The notes: generated from the letters alone by a model not told the origin. Positions 11,557 to 25,370 are shown, numbered from the whole stretch's first letter. The stretch is 57,847 nucleotides of DNA, filler included, from Basidiobolus meristosporus CBS 931.73 (GCA_002104905.1; 2 parts of 2 records of this genome joined end to end with filler, not necessarily neighbours in it); one strand, 5' to 3'. Made by a program: numbers and translations.

Positions 11557-14500
11557 CTCAGAAGAGTTTATGGCTTGCGCCAAAGTGGTTCGTGTTCGGT
11601 TAACAAGAGTAGCGTGCACGTTTAGTAGGAGGGGATAGGGGAGTGGAAGGCCTGCGACGTCAGAAAAAAAGGCGGGGAAACTGCTGGTGGTTGACGTGTT
11701 TTAACGTAGTCAAGAAGCAGCGTGAAAGCTGAAATCGCTTGTGAGTCCACGGTTAGTAGTATATATGACAGGAATAGAAAGGGGTTCTCAGAAAAAGAAG
11801 GGAGGTTCTATCTCAATCAGTGTAAAATAATTGTGATGATTTTAAATTGGGCAAAGGAGTATCCTCCATGGGGCTTGAAATGTGAAATTAATATGTTAAC
11901 CCGAAGTGGAAAAGCCCAATCAAGTAATTATCCGAAATGTCAAAAGTAAAATTCCTTATACCATGAATAGAAATTCGATGAATTGCAGTCAGGTCACCTG
12001 AGAATTCGCCATAATTTTACATGGAGGAAAACTAGGGGCACAAATAGAGTCTCGTTCCCACCGTAAAGCAAGTGCTTCGAGTTGTAATAGAAAGTCCAGG
12101 TTCGCGCTTCCTGTCTCATTAGAAAATATGTATCTGTTAATTTTGTGAACTATGCGGTACACAGGCCAAGTGTGAGGTATTGTAGAGCATTACCTTGAGC
12201 TTAATGCATACACAAACCATCGCTTCTGGGTGGAAGGGGTATTCCTTAAATGACTGGCATCTAAAAAATATTCGGCAATAGGATGGTGCATACTGCTGCC
12301 TTTTGAAGGTTAGTTACTAAGCCAAAAGTTCACCACGATAAACTATCGTAAACTTGACCGATTGCTATAAATTACAATGATCCAGAAGTTGTGCTACTGT
12401 GTTACCAACTTGCAAATACATGCGAACAGTCTCATCAGGGACCTACAGGATGTTCATTAGGATTCCGCCTTCATGAACCACGCTGAGCTGGGTGGAAAAA
12501 CATTCCTCACTGTCGAGCTGATGAATGAAAGAATGACTACCTTTAATGAGATTAGGGGCTAGCAATTCCTCCCATTGTATTCTTAGATATTTGAAATTGC
12601 TGATGTCCACTTTACTCTTGAGCTATCCATGCTAAATTGTATTTCCAGATCTCTTCATATCTTCTGAAGGCTAAAAAATGAAAATGTTGGTAGGCTTCAC
12701 ATTTAGCAGACTCAACCACTGTTGAATGTCTTGGTTCTTCTAGCATATACTTGTTTAGACGTATTGATTGTTCTGTTCTAGTGATGATTTCAACAATTGT
12801 CAAATATTCTTTGTTTCTTGAAGAAGCTTTTCAATGTCACAGATGCAACTTTTTAGACTTTTAGACTCACCATACAAAATGGAAGACGGAGTCCAAAGGA
12901 ATAGGCAAGAACTGGCCACATTCACAAGAAACCAAATTATGAGTATCCCTCACCAATACCAGGGATACCCTACTCTTGTGGAATAAGTCAAGATCGTTAA
13001 ATTGGTTATCAAGTAATCCTAAGCAGCCGGTTTGCGAATATCAATTGCGAGGGATTGAGTTGAAAAGTTCCGATCCTGGAACACGGACACATTCAATTTA
13101 AACAGAATTCATAATTGAGTCGAGAATCTGGGATTGGGATTAGAAACCTATTAAGCTAGATTTCAAGAGATTTCAAAACCCAAGCACCGTAGATGGATCA
13201 TCCTGCACTGCAAGAAACAGAAAACTCATCCACGTAGTGTATTACCAAGATCCGCGTAAGGGCTCATCACTACTATATGTAAAATACAAGTACGTCGAGC
13301 CTTCGAAACACCCAAAGCAGGTTTGCAGTAGATGGGGCAGAAACTAGTCAAGAATGAGGTGGACAATTTTTAGTCAAGGTTGTCAGAATTTGAATACACA
13401 GTTTCATATGGAGCGGAATGTGGCCTGTATTTGGTATCAAATGGAATTCTCAAGCTAATCCACATTTGAATCGAACAGTAAATCTAATTTTAAAGATCTG
13501 ATTGCTTGCCTCAATGTCAATTGGATATCCTCGGCTTGTTGTTCCTGGATTCAAATAGGGATGTGTGGGTGAACTATTGGCTCCGGTTCTCAAAAGCAAT
13601 AGCTATATATTCTTTTTATGCAGAGTCCCCTTTGGTTCAATCTGCTCATGGATTGATTACTAGTTGAATGGGCGATCTGCAAGATCGGATTGAGACCTAG
13701 GTATTACTAACTAATTGTTGATTCAGAGGTACACATGTACTAAACAGGGTTTTATCTATTATATCGTTGTTCCATGAAAACAGCATTACATTATCGAAAA
13801 ATAGCTGACACAGAATAAGACTTGATGCGCCTGATGAAGTAGCCATGTCCAGAAACACTCGGCACGTGAGCTTGTAGAGCTTAATGAGTGTCGTATATTA
13901 TTAGATATAAAACCACACCTAAAACCCCATAGAGACCCCATATTTTTCTGGCTTCCTGACACAATCTTTTGGGTTTCAAACCATATCAGCTCAAGACCAT
14001 GCTTTGTGTACAGTAAACCCGAGGTTTCTTCGGCTGCATACGTTTGTCTGAAATTCAAGATCACATCACCAGCTGCTAACATTTTCCACTTGGTATTGTG
14101 GCAGCTAACGGCTACCATCCGACAGTGATCTCTGCATGAAGAGCGGCATTCCGTCACTCCGTAATGAAATCTTCTCTCCACATTGCAGTCTTGTCCAATT
14201 CAAGATGCTACCCTCCATTGCTGTCCTCAATCGTCTAGAAGTACGATGATCTATTGTCTACTCTCAACACAGGTTTCCTCTCATAGATTCCATCTTATTC
14301 TCGGAGTTGATGGAATCAATCTAACTTTTATTATCCACGGTGCCAGCTGCAGCATTTCTAGAAACGTCAGACAAGTTAGTGCCCTAACTTTTTAATTTGG
14401 TTCAATAGCGTAGATTGTCCTGGAGTCAGTCTTTTTGCCTTATACTCTCTCATTCAAATGTTGGCAGTTCAGTCCAATGGTTTGAATACTGACTCCTAAT

Positions 14501-15607
14501 GAACTGGTGTTATGATTGGTGGCTGCTTGGAACGATTATGAAATCAAGGTTCCTGGCGATTTAGGCTGCTTTCCGGAATGAGGACTTGGGTGTCAATTAA
14601 AGAATTATGGCCTTGAGGGGAGCACCTGAAAGTTACGGATTTCCATGCAAAGTTGCATTAATACTATTGAATCCAGAATGTATCCACATGGGTTCTTATC
14701 CTAAATGATGCAGGGTTGGAAGGGAATATTATGTTATCTTGGTTGTGATAAGAGCATCCCATATGGACTAATCAAGAGGCAAGCTTTGTTCCCTCGCGCA
14801 TTCCCTTGTATTTTGAAGTGTTGGATCTTGCGGGCCCCACGTTTATCGGTGTGGTAAAGAACCTTGGTGTTCATTCGATGTGTGTGACATCATAGCACGT
14901 ATGTGGTGTGCATCGGTATATCCATATCAGTTTCAGCGTCGAATTGTTTCCCTTCGTAAACAACCAAATTATGGCAAGAGTCCTCTAATTACACTCACTT
15001 CATCCTTGCACTTGTCTACATCGTCGTACATGTTAAGGGGCATGGGAGTACATCATTCAGCTTGTGACTTTAAGTGACTTGGAACTAAATAAACTTCAGT
15101 TTTATTACGAATAACCTTACTTAATACTAGGTATCTCTATAGAAACTATTCTCGACAATTTCACGCTGCAATACTTTGATTTGGGTTATCCGGGAATATG
15201 TACATAGTAGTGGGATTTCTATTCAAGGGGTTTTGATCCAAACTGATCTTAGAGAAAAGGGGAAACAAAAATTACTCCCCTTATCCTTCCTCCTATTGTT
15301 AAAATTGAAAATTAATCCTGTCAGCTCGAGGTAAACTCAGCAGGTGTCAGATTTTCCAAAATTTTCTATTTAAAACCTTAGAGGCGAACTTTGCCAATCT
15401 AATACTCGAACAACTTGAAACTCTTCTCGAATCTCTTGTGATTTATTCATTAGTTGCTTCAATCTGGGTAAAGCCAGACACCGAGTATAATTCATCAGTG
15501 GCCCTGCCTACCACTGGAATAGATTTATTGCTATCCGAGTTATTAAATCGAATTTGAACTGCAATACCCAGGTGCTACTAACATCCCAACCTCACTTGGA
15601 ACTTACA

Positions 15608-17389
15608 ATGTCTTCCCCCTTCCCTTTTTCCTCTCCAACACAAGCCTCCCATTTCACCAATGCTGCTCCCCAAAACTCTGGTGGCCATGTCAGTGGCAAT
15701 TCACAAGACCATTCTGCCACAAACTTGAACACTCCAATTCCCAGTCCATACTTTTCACCCTATGCGTCCAATTTCCAATCCCCCTCTAGCAACCCTTTCG
15801 GGGTTAACTCACCAGGCAATTATGCTTCCACAATGTCTATGAGCATTCCTCTCCAGGATTCCTTTTATGGTGGCGGTACTCCAACTCAATCTCCTCAATT
15901 GTATTCACCGCATCCAAATATGACCGATTCCCCGCGAATGGCATATCCTACAAGTCCTTGGTCTCCCACCACATCTTGGGCAAGCACTATGCTTCCTACA
16001 GGAATGGGCAATTCTTGGTTGGGCCTTGCTGGTATGGGTTTTGGCGGCCATCCTCGCCCAAAACTCACTACCACCCTCTGGGAGGATGAGAATACTGTTT
16101 GCTACCAGGTCGATGCTAAGGGTATATGTGTAGCTCGTCGTCAAGGTAACTTGGATTATGCGAAAACCGAAATTAAAGCGAATCCTAACTTGTGTTGCAA
16201 ATCTAGATAACGATATGGTCAATGGCACCAAACTACTGAATGTAACAGGAATGTCTAGAGGAAAACGTGATGGCATTCTCAAAAATGAGAAAGGAAGAGT
16301 CGTTGTCAAGGTCGGCGCAATGCATTTAAAGGGTGTTTGGTAATGTCCAAAAAATTGATGAGATGTTTCAACTCTTATCTAAAGAATATCATTTGTAGGA
16401 TCACCTTCCAAAGGGCCAAGGCATTGGCTGCTCAATTTAAAATTGCTGATCTTCTATATCCGCTCTTCGTAGAGGATCCTTCGCCTTTTTTGTATAATCC
16501 ACACTGCCCGCCAAATGTCAACATGCAACAGATACCTACCTCCACAAGTTCACATTCATACATGAACTCACTAGGTGCTTCTTCGGCCATTCTTTCGAAA
16601 CCTCAGACACCATACGGAGGAGCAATCTCGCAGCTCGCTTTGGGCAGCCAAGGAATGTTTTCATCACAGGAGGGATCACAAAGCTCTGGATCGAACCTTC
16701 ACAGTCATATGCAATCGTCGACATCCCCAGGAGTGAATGAGATCGGTGAAGGCCCTGGGTCTACTCATAACTCTCCCAATAATTCCGACCAATATTCGAA
16801 GTTCTCGACAAACTCGTTCATTTCCCCCGAGGAACCTAGCAAGGCCCTGGATAGTTCTGGAAGACAACCCATCAACTTCAAAAGAGGGTTTGACGAGTCC
16901 GAGGACTCCTATGGGAAGAATCCGTATTCGAACGTAGGCTCTATGGCTGGTTTTGCCAAATCCGTGCCTACACATATGAATAGAAATTTCACAAGCTTTC
17001 CTTCGCCACTTACCATGTCTCCCAACTCCTTACCCTCTCCTTCCATTGCCCAGCCAAATACGGGCTTCCATAGCGACATCTCACCTTCTCTAAACAAGAG
17101 GTTAAAACTACCGGCAGCTGAACACTTCGTAGTGGAAGAACCCAACCAGATCAACGAGCATCATGACTTTTTAGCGAATTCGTCGAATGGGCAGCGCGAA
17201 CAGAATTATGATCGCTCCCTCAGCCAAGGGAGCTCACTCCATCCTGAATCCCTTGGCCTGCTCTTTGATACATTAAGTCCTCCTGAGAGTGAAAATGAGA
17301 ACGTATATGAAACTGCCTACGAAGGTGACAGTGCGACGGATAGCCAACGGTTTACTCTCTCTCAAACGCTAAAACAGTCGCAGTCTTGA
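15608..17389 (+). CDS. stuA: APSES transcription factor, StuA/Sok2/Phd1/Efg1 subfamily
   Basis: Removing introns 16146-16206 and 16340-16398 gives [85 protein letters not shown]...LYPLFV. Confidence 0.93.
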
Positions 17390-18496
17390 TCATGTGCTTT
17401 TGCTCTCGTATTCTTACTCAGTCTTGTTTCTAATTATACACTAATGACTAGTCGAATCTTTCAAGCAGACAGGCCGAATGCCAAACTAATAGAACCTTGT
17501 GTAATTGATGTGCAATGCAACCATTTTCCCTGTACTGAACCATATATATTATTCATGTATTTTCAATCTTTGTACTTAGTAGATAGCAGGCTTTCTATTG
17601 CATATAGTTGGGCTAAGGTTTGGCTGGTATTCTCAAACTATTCATACTGTCATTCCTGCATATATCCTTGAATACTATTTGCTCCTACTAGCTATTGGAC
17701 CAGAATTAGTTTGCTATGATTCACAATTGACTAAAGAAATGTGCCTCTAATGTATATACAAACAACATATGTGGCTAGGGTCATGGTACGAGGCCTAATC
17801 AGTGTTGGTCAAGCCAAGCAGTTCCGACAATGCTGTGATCTGCCCTACAGTCTTCCCTTTCATTAATCCGTAATAAACATCACATCCAGCCGCATGCATA
17901 GCAGTATTTTCATTGCATTCATACTCCCCCAGCACTCTGAATGAGGCTGAGGAATTCATCAGCATTGAGCTCCCCATGTGTGACCAATGCTACGTACAAA
18001 GTATAGACGTAATCCGATTCTTCCAAATCAGGCGTATATGGAAGTATCGACTTGTCAAGTGCAAAATTCTACCCGTGTTGATATCCTATTATGGAAGTTC
18101 GGATGGGTTTTCGCTAACTGCTGACAATCTAACTTCAATATCATGACCAGATTTAGGCATGGGCAGAGCGGCTAATATTGGAATCAATTTTTATTGTGAC
18201 TAATTCAACATCATGATGTCTAATGGGTGTTGTCAATCAGAAAAGATTCCCAACACTGCTGATAAAGATTAGAATATGTAATATAAACAATGGTTTGCAA
18301 GCATTAAGATCGCATCCCGTCCAATCTTCCCACGTATGCAGTGGGCTCTAGGTAAAACCACAGATGGGGCAGATCTGATTCATGATGATTCTGAGGTTGG
18401 CATCGACATATATAAGAGCGGCCTTGGTACGAAACAGTAAAAATACAGTTGAGCTTTATTCCGGTGGGTTCCAGGGTTCCAGATTATTTACTCATT

Positions 18497-19752
18497 ATGT
18501 TGTCTTCCACCCTCAAGCGCATTTCACTTCCCTCTACTTGCTCTCGAATTGTCGGTGCATTTGGACAGCCACATCTCCAGTACCGCAGGCTTCATATCCA
18601 AAATTTGCCCACAAAGCAAAAGCAAGTGAACCACCTTATCACCTTGGCTGATCTCTCCAAAGCCCAGATCCATCGACTCTTGATGAACGCCGCACAACAC
18701 AAATACAATGTCAAATATGAAGACAAGCCTTCTTCAAAGCCACTGGAGGGGAAAAGCGTCGCCCTGATTTTCTCGAAACGCTCAACTCGTACTCGAGTTG
18801 CTTCTGAAACTGCTACCGCATATTTGGGTTTGTTCTTTGTTCTGTAGTATGTCTAATGAATATCTTGCTGAGTAACCTTTGCGCGTTTTAAGGTGGCCAC
18901 CCCATGTTCCTTGGATCACAAGATATTCAGATGGGTGTAAATGAGTCGCTACTTGACACTTCTGTTGTTGTGTCCAGTATGGTGAGCGGAATTATGGCTC
19001 GTGTTGGTGCGCACGAAGAAATCTTGGTATGATGTGACATTCTTATATCCCGGCCAAGCCATACACTAATATTAATACGCATACAGGAGCTCGCGAAGAA
19101 CTCAACAGTCCCTGTAGTAAACGCATTAACTGATAAATATCACCCAACTCAGATTCTTGCGGATTTACTTACTCTTCACGAGGTTTACTCCAAAAACCAT
19201 ACCGATAGTAAGGCTCCCTATAGCGCTCATGTCGTCCATCCCGAGAAAACTTTGCCAGGACTCAAAGTGGCTTGGATTGGTGACGCAAATAATATTCTCC
19301 ACAGCATGATGGTCACACTACCCAAGCTTGGCCTCCATTTATCAGCTGCTACGCCTTCCAAGTATCACCCAGATGATGATGTTCTGAATATTGCCAAGAA
19401 GGAAGCCGCGAAATCGAATACTGAACTGGTATTCACCTCTTCCCCGTTAGAAGCAATCAACGGTGCTGACGTGATTGTGACGGATACTTGGGTTAGCATG
19501 GGTCAAGAGGCCGAAAAGGCCCAGCGACTAAAAGAGTTCTCAGGTTACCAGGTTACCATGGACATGATTAAGCAGGGTAATGCCAACAAAGACTGGAAGT
19601 TCCTTCATTGCTTACCTCGCAAACCAGAAGAAGTGGATGATGAGGTGTTCTATTCCCAAAATTCCTTGGTCTTCCAAGAGGCGGAAAACCGCAAATGGAC
19701 CATACTGGCTGTGTTCGAGGCACTCTTTGCTAATGGCAAATTCGAATCTTAA
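18497..19752 (+). CDS. ARG3: Ornithine carbamoyltransferase with a mitochondrial-type presequence
   Basis: [37 protein letters not shown] and EAENRKW motifs; two canonical introns; basic, acid-free N-terminus [17 protein letters not shown]. Confidence 0.95.
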
Positions 19753-20412
19753 TCCCTTTGATCCAACACCAATTCATCGATTCTTACTGTTTTGATACCC
19801 AGCTCATACAATTCATGTATTTTTCTTTCGCCCAAACCTATCAGTCTGTTATACCATGTTAATAAATCGCAATTTACCAGTTTATTTGTTGTATATTGAT
19901 GGTAGGTTATGATATCCTTGGTGGACTTGAGTTCATTTGCCTTGTCACCTGTGAGTAACATTATTTCGAACCTACGCTTAATGCTATCAACTGGACGGTT
20001 AGTATTTTGAAGTTAAATCCATCTGAGCAATACTCAGCGAGATTCCACTTGCAGAACAAAGCCAAGCAACTTCACCTCACTAAGTGTGAGAGCACTCAAG
20101 ATTTCCGAAAGCAGGCGATATTCGAGTACAATACTCAAACTTTATGGAGGAAAGGAGAGCCAGTAGGCGCGACGCCTTTGTATCCTAAACTTCCACATCA
20201 TATATGCTCAATTATTTCGGGAGGGACAAAAGACTAACAAGTGATTTCATGTTGAAGCTGCTCAAGACACAGTAAGGCAGCATCTATTCAAGAGAAGTAC
20301 CCTTGATTTTATTACAAACTCAAAATCATTAGCACGTCGAAAACCCAACGGGGAAAGTATCTACCTCATACATGAAAAGAATAAAATAAAGATTCGTATA
20401 AAATATGTAGAT

Positions 20413-20676
20413 TTAGGCACCACCGACGATGATGTTGTTGATGGGAATATGAACCAATTTCACGAAGTAACCAATGAAGCCCATCAGGAGGAAACCGATG
20501 GCAACAGCTTGGGTGATTTTCAGGAATTCTAAGGTAGAGACATTAGCAAAAGTAGCAAACGTGTGTAGGTCAAGATACTAACCTCTTTCATCGGGTTTCG
20601 TGCATTTGTTCAGGAGCTGAATGCATTCCTTGGCAAATTGCTTAGGTTCTTCAAGCAGAGAGCTCACTTGATCCAT
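20413..20676 (-). CDS. SSS1: Sec61 translocon gamma subunit (69 aa; not in the ORF track)
   Basis: Exons 20676-20583 and 20528-20413 give [69 protein letters not shown]. Confidence 0.96.
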
Positions 20677-21172
20677 GACAGCCGTGACGAGAGACGATAA
20701 AGATGTTATGATACTTCGGGACTCTTGCTCCAAGAAATTATATACGGATTAGAAATTTAGTGGCCTTGTGGTATTCTGGGGTGGAGCCAATTAAATCAGG
20801 ACAACAGATTCCTTCCCAGAGTATGATTGGACTGGCTCCGAGTATTCGCATCGTATCCATAAGGCCAATCTAAGCCGTGTTTGAAGCAGTGATTTTACGT
20901 GAATCTGTATACATCATACTAGTACCTGTGGCTTTGGAGTTTAAGCAAGGCTGAGAAACAAGTATAAATTACCACAACTATTTAACTTTCTCCTACTCGA
21001 CTGGTAATCAAAATTTTCCTGTGACTGTTCAGCTTGGCTATATTAATGACTAGTTACTCGTACGTATAATAGGTCACATGATTGATTCGTCAAATTATGT
21101 CTATACTGTGGGTGAGTTTAGTAGGAAATTAATCTCTTTGAAGCCTTTACTGAAGTTTTTGGTTTTCGGAGA

Positions 21173-21876
21173 ATGAGCAACAAACGTACCTCAGATACCT
21201 TAGATCTTGACTTCTGCTCACAGCCGAATACAAAGCGATATATCTCAGAGTTTATGTCGGCTCGATTTGCTGCGCTATCTCTACGCAGAGATGTACTGAA
21301 AGAAGTTGGCAGGTGTTTTTCACTTTCATAATATCGACTTTTCCGTTGGTTTTACCCCTCCTCTAAAAAACCGGCACTAATTTCTCTTGTTGATAGATCC
21401 AAATTCAACGTAATCACACGTGAAAGCTCGCCCATTACTATCGATTCAAGCTCCAGAAAAGACCCTTCGCGGAAAACCGACACTTCACCAGAAGAATTTG
21501 GCGGATTAAGCTTTAGCCTTCACCCTGCATTTCATGATGTGATAAAAAAAGTGCCGGATGCGATCCTTTCTTCTCCTAAGGCCAAAGGGTAGAGTGTTTC
21601 TACGTGTTTATAAACGCCAGGCATCTTACCAATACTCTTATTTAGGCTTACACCGGTGCGCTCGTTGGTCTTATATAAACCTCCACAATGGTTACCTCCT
21701 ATTCAGGAGTTCCAGGAAGAGGAGGTAAGTCAATATGAATAGATCTTGGTGTATGAATACTGACCTGATAATGTGTGCAGAGCGAAGCCTCTGTAATAGC
21801 CCCGAAAAACTCTTCGGTTGACCTCATGGAAACAGAACACGAGGATGCTACCTCAAATGAAATGATGGACTTCTAA
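21173..21876 (+). CDS. Small four-exon protein, possibly CCDC117-like (not in the ORF track)
   Basis: Three GT-AG introns give an uninterrupted protein MSNKRTSDTL...PNTKRYISEFMSARFAALSL...PVRSLVLYKPPQWLPP...MMDF*. The LVLYKP motif resembles the CCDC117 LVLWKP motif. Confidence 0.6.
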
Positions 21877-23418
21877 CGCCGAATCCGGGGCTTTTCTTCA
21901 ATGTATATTTCTTGTGTCTCATTCCTATCATGATACACCATATGCAGAGACTTCGTTGATTTCCAACAGCCTATATCTGAAGGCTGACACAACGAAGCAC
22001 TCTTTGTTTGGTGTGAATATAACTTTGTGTAATATTTTACTGTACGAATTGTTAATGCGTTAATCAACTGCTTTTGTCTGATCAGCATAAAGAGCCAATT
22101 CCAGCCTTATAACCATTTGCAGATTTAGTCAATTTACTCAGGAAACTGGTTAGATTCATCCACTATCCTTATTGAACCTTAGCATTAGATGTAGCGTCTC
22201 AGTTAATGCTGAGAGAGTAGGCACTTCCCTCAACTAACATCCGGGAGATTATGTTTGTTGTAGCGGGTTTCTATTGAAGCTTCTCGCAGAACAAGCGACT
22301 GTCGAAGCCTTTATTATAAGCCATTGCCTCACATGGCCATTGGAATCAAGCAAGCGGCTGGAAACCCGGGTATAGCACGTCAACTACGGGCGCTCACCGA
22401 AGGGCAATGGACTACCAACGGCCACCAAAGAGTTTACAGTACGGTAATCCACAAAGCCTAACCACTTAGTTGTAAAGGATACTCCAGCTCTTGGATGATC
22501 CACACAGAACTTCGTTGTTTATTGGATTTGGCCTACTCACTTCCGGCGTTACAACCATTTTTCCATATTTGAATCCTTCAGAGTGTCCACTGGTAAACGA
22601 TTAGACTCTTCAGCCTGTTCCCTAATATATCGGTACAACACGCATGGATACACTACTTATCTCTCACTAATAAAGCAACCGTGGAGTACGGGATCTAGAA
22701 TCTCCGCTGTGTAAGGCCCATACCCGTGGTGTCATTCATATCTCATTCTTTCATCATTTGTTTAGCAAACAGCGGAGCAAATATCACCTCCCAGCTCCTC
22801 CGATCACATCCACCCCTTCCACGTGCCCATACGGAGAAACATTCATAGTCATCAGCCATTACTGCTGAACAGACTCTTTCCTGTTTTGCGCATATAATTT
22901 GTAAAACGTGAGGAGTCTGAAATAAATATCGGTGGCATATAAATGCAAGCATAATAATCATGTTCATGCTTATTAGTTAAGTTGACTATTTATTATTTCC
23001 GAATTCTGGCAAATCGAATCTCACTTGCTGACTCGACCAATCAATGGGGCCCAGAAATGAGTACAGTTTTAATACATCCACCAGGAAGCTCATTAATGTG
23101 TTGTTGAAGTCTTTGATGATCTTGCCCTACTTTAAACTGGTTTAATCATTTCCTTTTTCCATTAGACCTTACACTTTTCATCCGTTTAATCCTCTGCACA
23201 TCGCTTCCTTTGATTCTTGCTTCTCGTCTACGCTATAGGCAGACCTCCATAGAGCCTTTTAATTCTACGTAGCTAATCGCGTGGAAATTGTCACTACATA
23301 TAGCACTTCTGGTGTCCTTAGCTCCTCACTAGTTGCTTTCCACAACCCCGTCCGATTTCGACCAGGCTTATAGTCTAACCACCAAAAAACACCAAGTGCA
23401 CTTGCGCTTTCAATTCAC

Positions 23419-24224
23419 ATGGCGTCCATAATTAGAGCTCTACTCGACTGGTTGCGAAGTCTATTCTTCAAAGAGGAGATGGAGTTGACTCTGGTGGGGC
23501 TACAGAACTCTGGAAAAACCACCCTGGTGAACGTCATTGCCGTAAGTACTCTTTGTTTATCATCCAGGCTACTCACTGCCATGGCTTCTGGTGGTTGGTC
23601 GTTCACATGGCATTCGGTTAACCCACACCTCTCCCTTGTGCAGTCTGGTCAGTTTACCGAGGATATGATACCCACTGTTGGCTTTAATATGCGAAAGGTA
23701 ACCAAGGGGAACGTCACTATGAAACTATGGGATATAGGAGGCCAGCCGCGGTTCAGAAGCATGTGGGAGAGATATTGCCGCGGTGTCAACTCAATCGTGT
23801 AAGGAAAATCATGGGTTGTCAAGCAGCTCGTGTAGTTCTTTAGCACAGCCTTTAATTAATGCGATTTCCGTATGGACCATTAGATTTGTCATCGACTCGG
23901 CCGACCACGAGAAATTTGATGCAGCAAGGACTGAGTTAAGAAGTTTACTAGAAAAGCCCCAACTCGCCAATATCCCCGTCCTGGTGCTAGGGAACAAAAA
24001 CGATCTTCCCGGTGCCTTGACTGTTGATGAGTTAATCGAAACCATGTAGGGTTCTTGCGCGCGGTATCTCCGTGATTTAGTGTGTTAATGAATTTCGTTT
24101 GCTTAGGAATCTCAAGTCTATTACTAATCGCGAGCTGTATTGCTATTCAATTTCCGCCAAGCACCAAGTAAACATCGACCTCATATTGCAGTGGCTGATA
24201 AAGCACGCGAGATCAGGGAAATAG
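23419..24224 (+). CDS. ARL8: Arf-like GTPase Arl8
   Basis: [74 protein letters not shown] and CYSISAK; no Gly2; three introns; TAG at 24222-24224. Confidence 0.94.
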
Positions 24225-24754
24225 ACCAATTTCTGGGCTATGGAGAAGTTGATATCACTCGCCAGTCTACACTCTAGGTTAAAGGCCATTCCCCTACCCT
24301 TCACGTATCTCAGTTTTAACTACACTCGGCTTTTTGGTTACTTTTTGTCGTCGAACATCAAAGAGATACTTACGTTTATATTTCAAGTGGATGGTCACCC
24401 CACCCCCTTGAGCGTTTCTTTTTATTTCTGTCTTACCTCCCGCCATTCGCTACCACTACTTTACCTACGTTGACACCATTGATCACTTTTACTTTTAATT
24501 GGATTAAAGCCACTTTTGCCCAGCATCGATTTTGGATACTCTTGAAATGAACGGCGGTGGCATATATTTGTTATTGATAAAGCGTAATTTGAGTACAATC
24601 GAAATCAGTGTTTCTTGAGGGTAAATTCATCGACAGTGTCGGAAGTTTTACAGAATTATAGGAGCTAGGATAAATTAAGGTTTCTCTCTTAGGAGTTCAT
24701 CCATAGACCAACGGGTGTGACCCACCTTGGCGAGTGAGCGTTGCACTAGTGGAA

Positions 24755-25370
24755 TCAAGCGTTCTCAATACGGCGCATTAGTTGACGATATTGCTCCCTT
24801 TGAATCTTTCTACGACGCCATACTAGCAGGGACCCGGAGCAGACGCTCATGAACGTAACAAAACCCTAGAATAAAGTCTCTTTAGCACTGACTGAAGTGA
24901 ACGAGAATAACCTGGTTTTCTTCTCCTACCAAAAACTTGAAAAATTGAAGCTTTCCCTTGTACTTTGCTCTGGAGCAACCACGGAAGCGGGGTAGTGGCT
25001 CGTTCGGTACAGGCTTGATGGATTCACTATAAGAGCACTGAATGGGCTCTTTATACCCCGTACCCAGGCAGGCCTCTTCTGTAGTCTGTAGAGCACAGTT
25101 GGATGGATGGACTTGACCACACATTTAGGAAAGAAAAACAATACCATTTCTTCTTCGCTACATTTATTACACGATCCTAACGAGAAGCATTGGTAGCGGT
25201 CGCTTAGGCGGATTTGTTCGTTCACATCGGGATTTGTAGTATTCCCGATGTTACCAGGGGAGCCTGTTACCACAGGTGCTATGTAATCACTTGAATTCGG
25301 GCTTTCATCTAGTCCAGCATAATATACGTTTCTTAGGGTGCTTAAAACCAGTAAACTATATCCACACTGT
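24755..25370 (-). CDS. JTB (jumping translocation breakpoint)-like single-pass membrane protein; start uncertain
   Basis: Spliced product ...YQCFSLGSCNKCSEEEM|TTEEACLGTGYKEPIQC...LPRFRGCSRAKYKGKLQFFKFL|GFVTFMSVCSGSLLVWRRRKIQREQYRQLMRRIENA*. Six spaced Cys, then a TM helix and a basic tail. Confidence 0.65.

Noticed and set aside
12540-12850. CpG-poor stretch with a stop-interrupted frame vaguely like an integrase tail
   Set aside because: Too degenerate to assign.
13786-14181. 131-aa minus-strand ORF
   Set aside because: TTG start, no motif and no supporting exons.
17795-18140. Minus frame ...YVYTLYVALVTHG resembling a USP His-box approach
   Set aside because: Lacks the GHY catalytic motif, and no other USP exons are present.
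22260-22980. Minus-strand GTGAGT/GTGAGC donors suggesting a small spliced gene
   Set aside because: No phase-consistent model could be built; RNA-seq would settle it.
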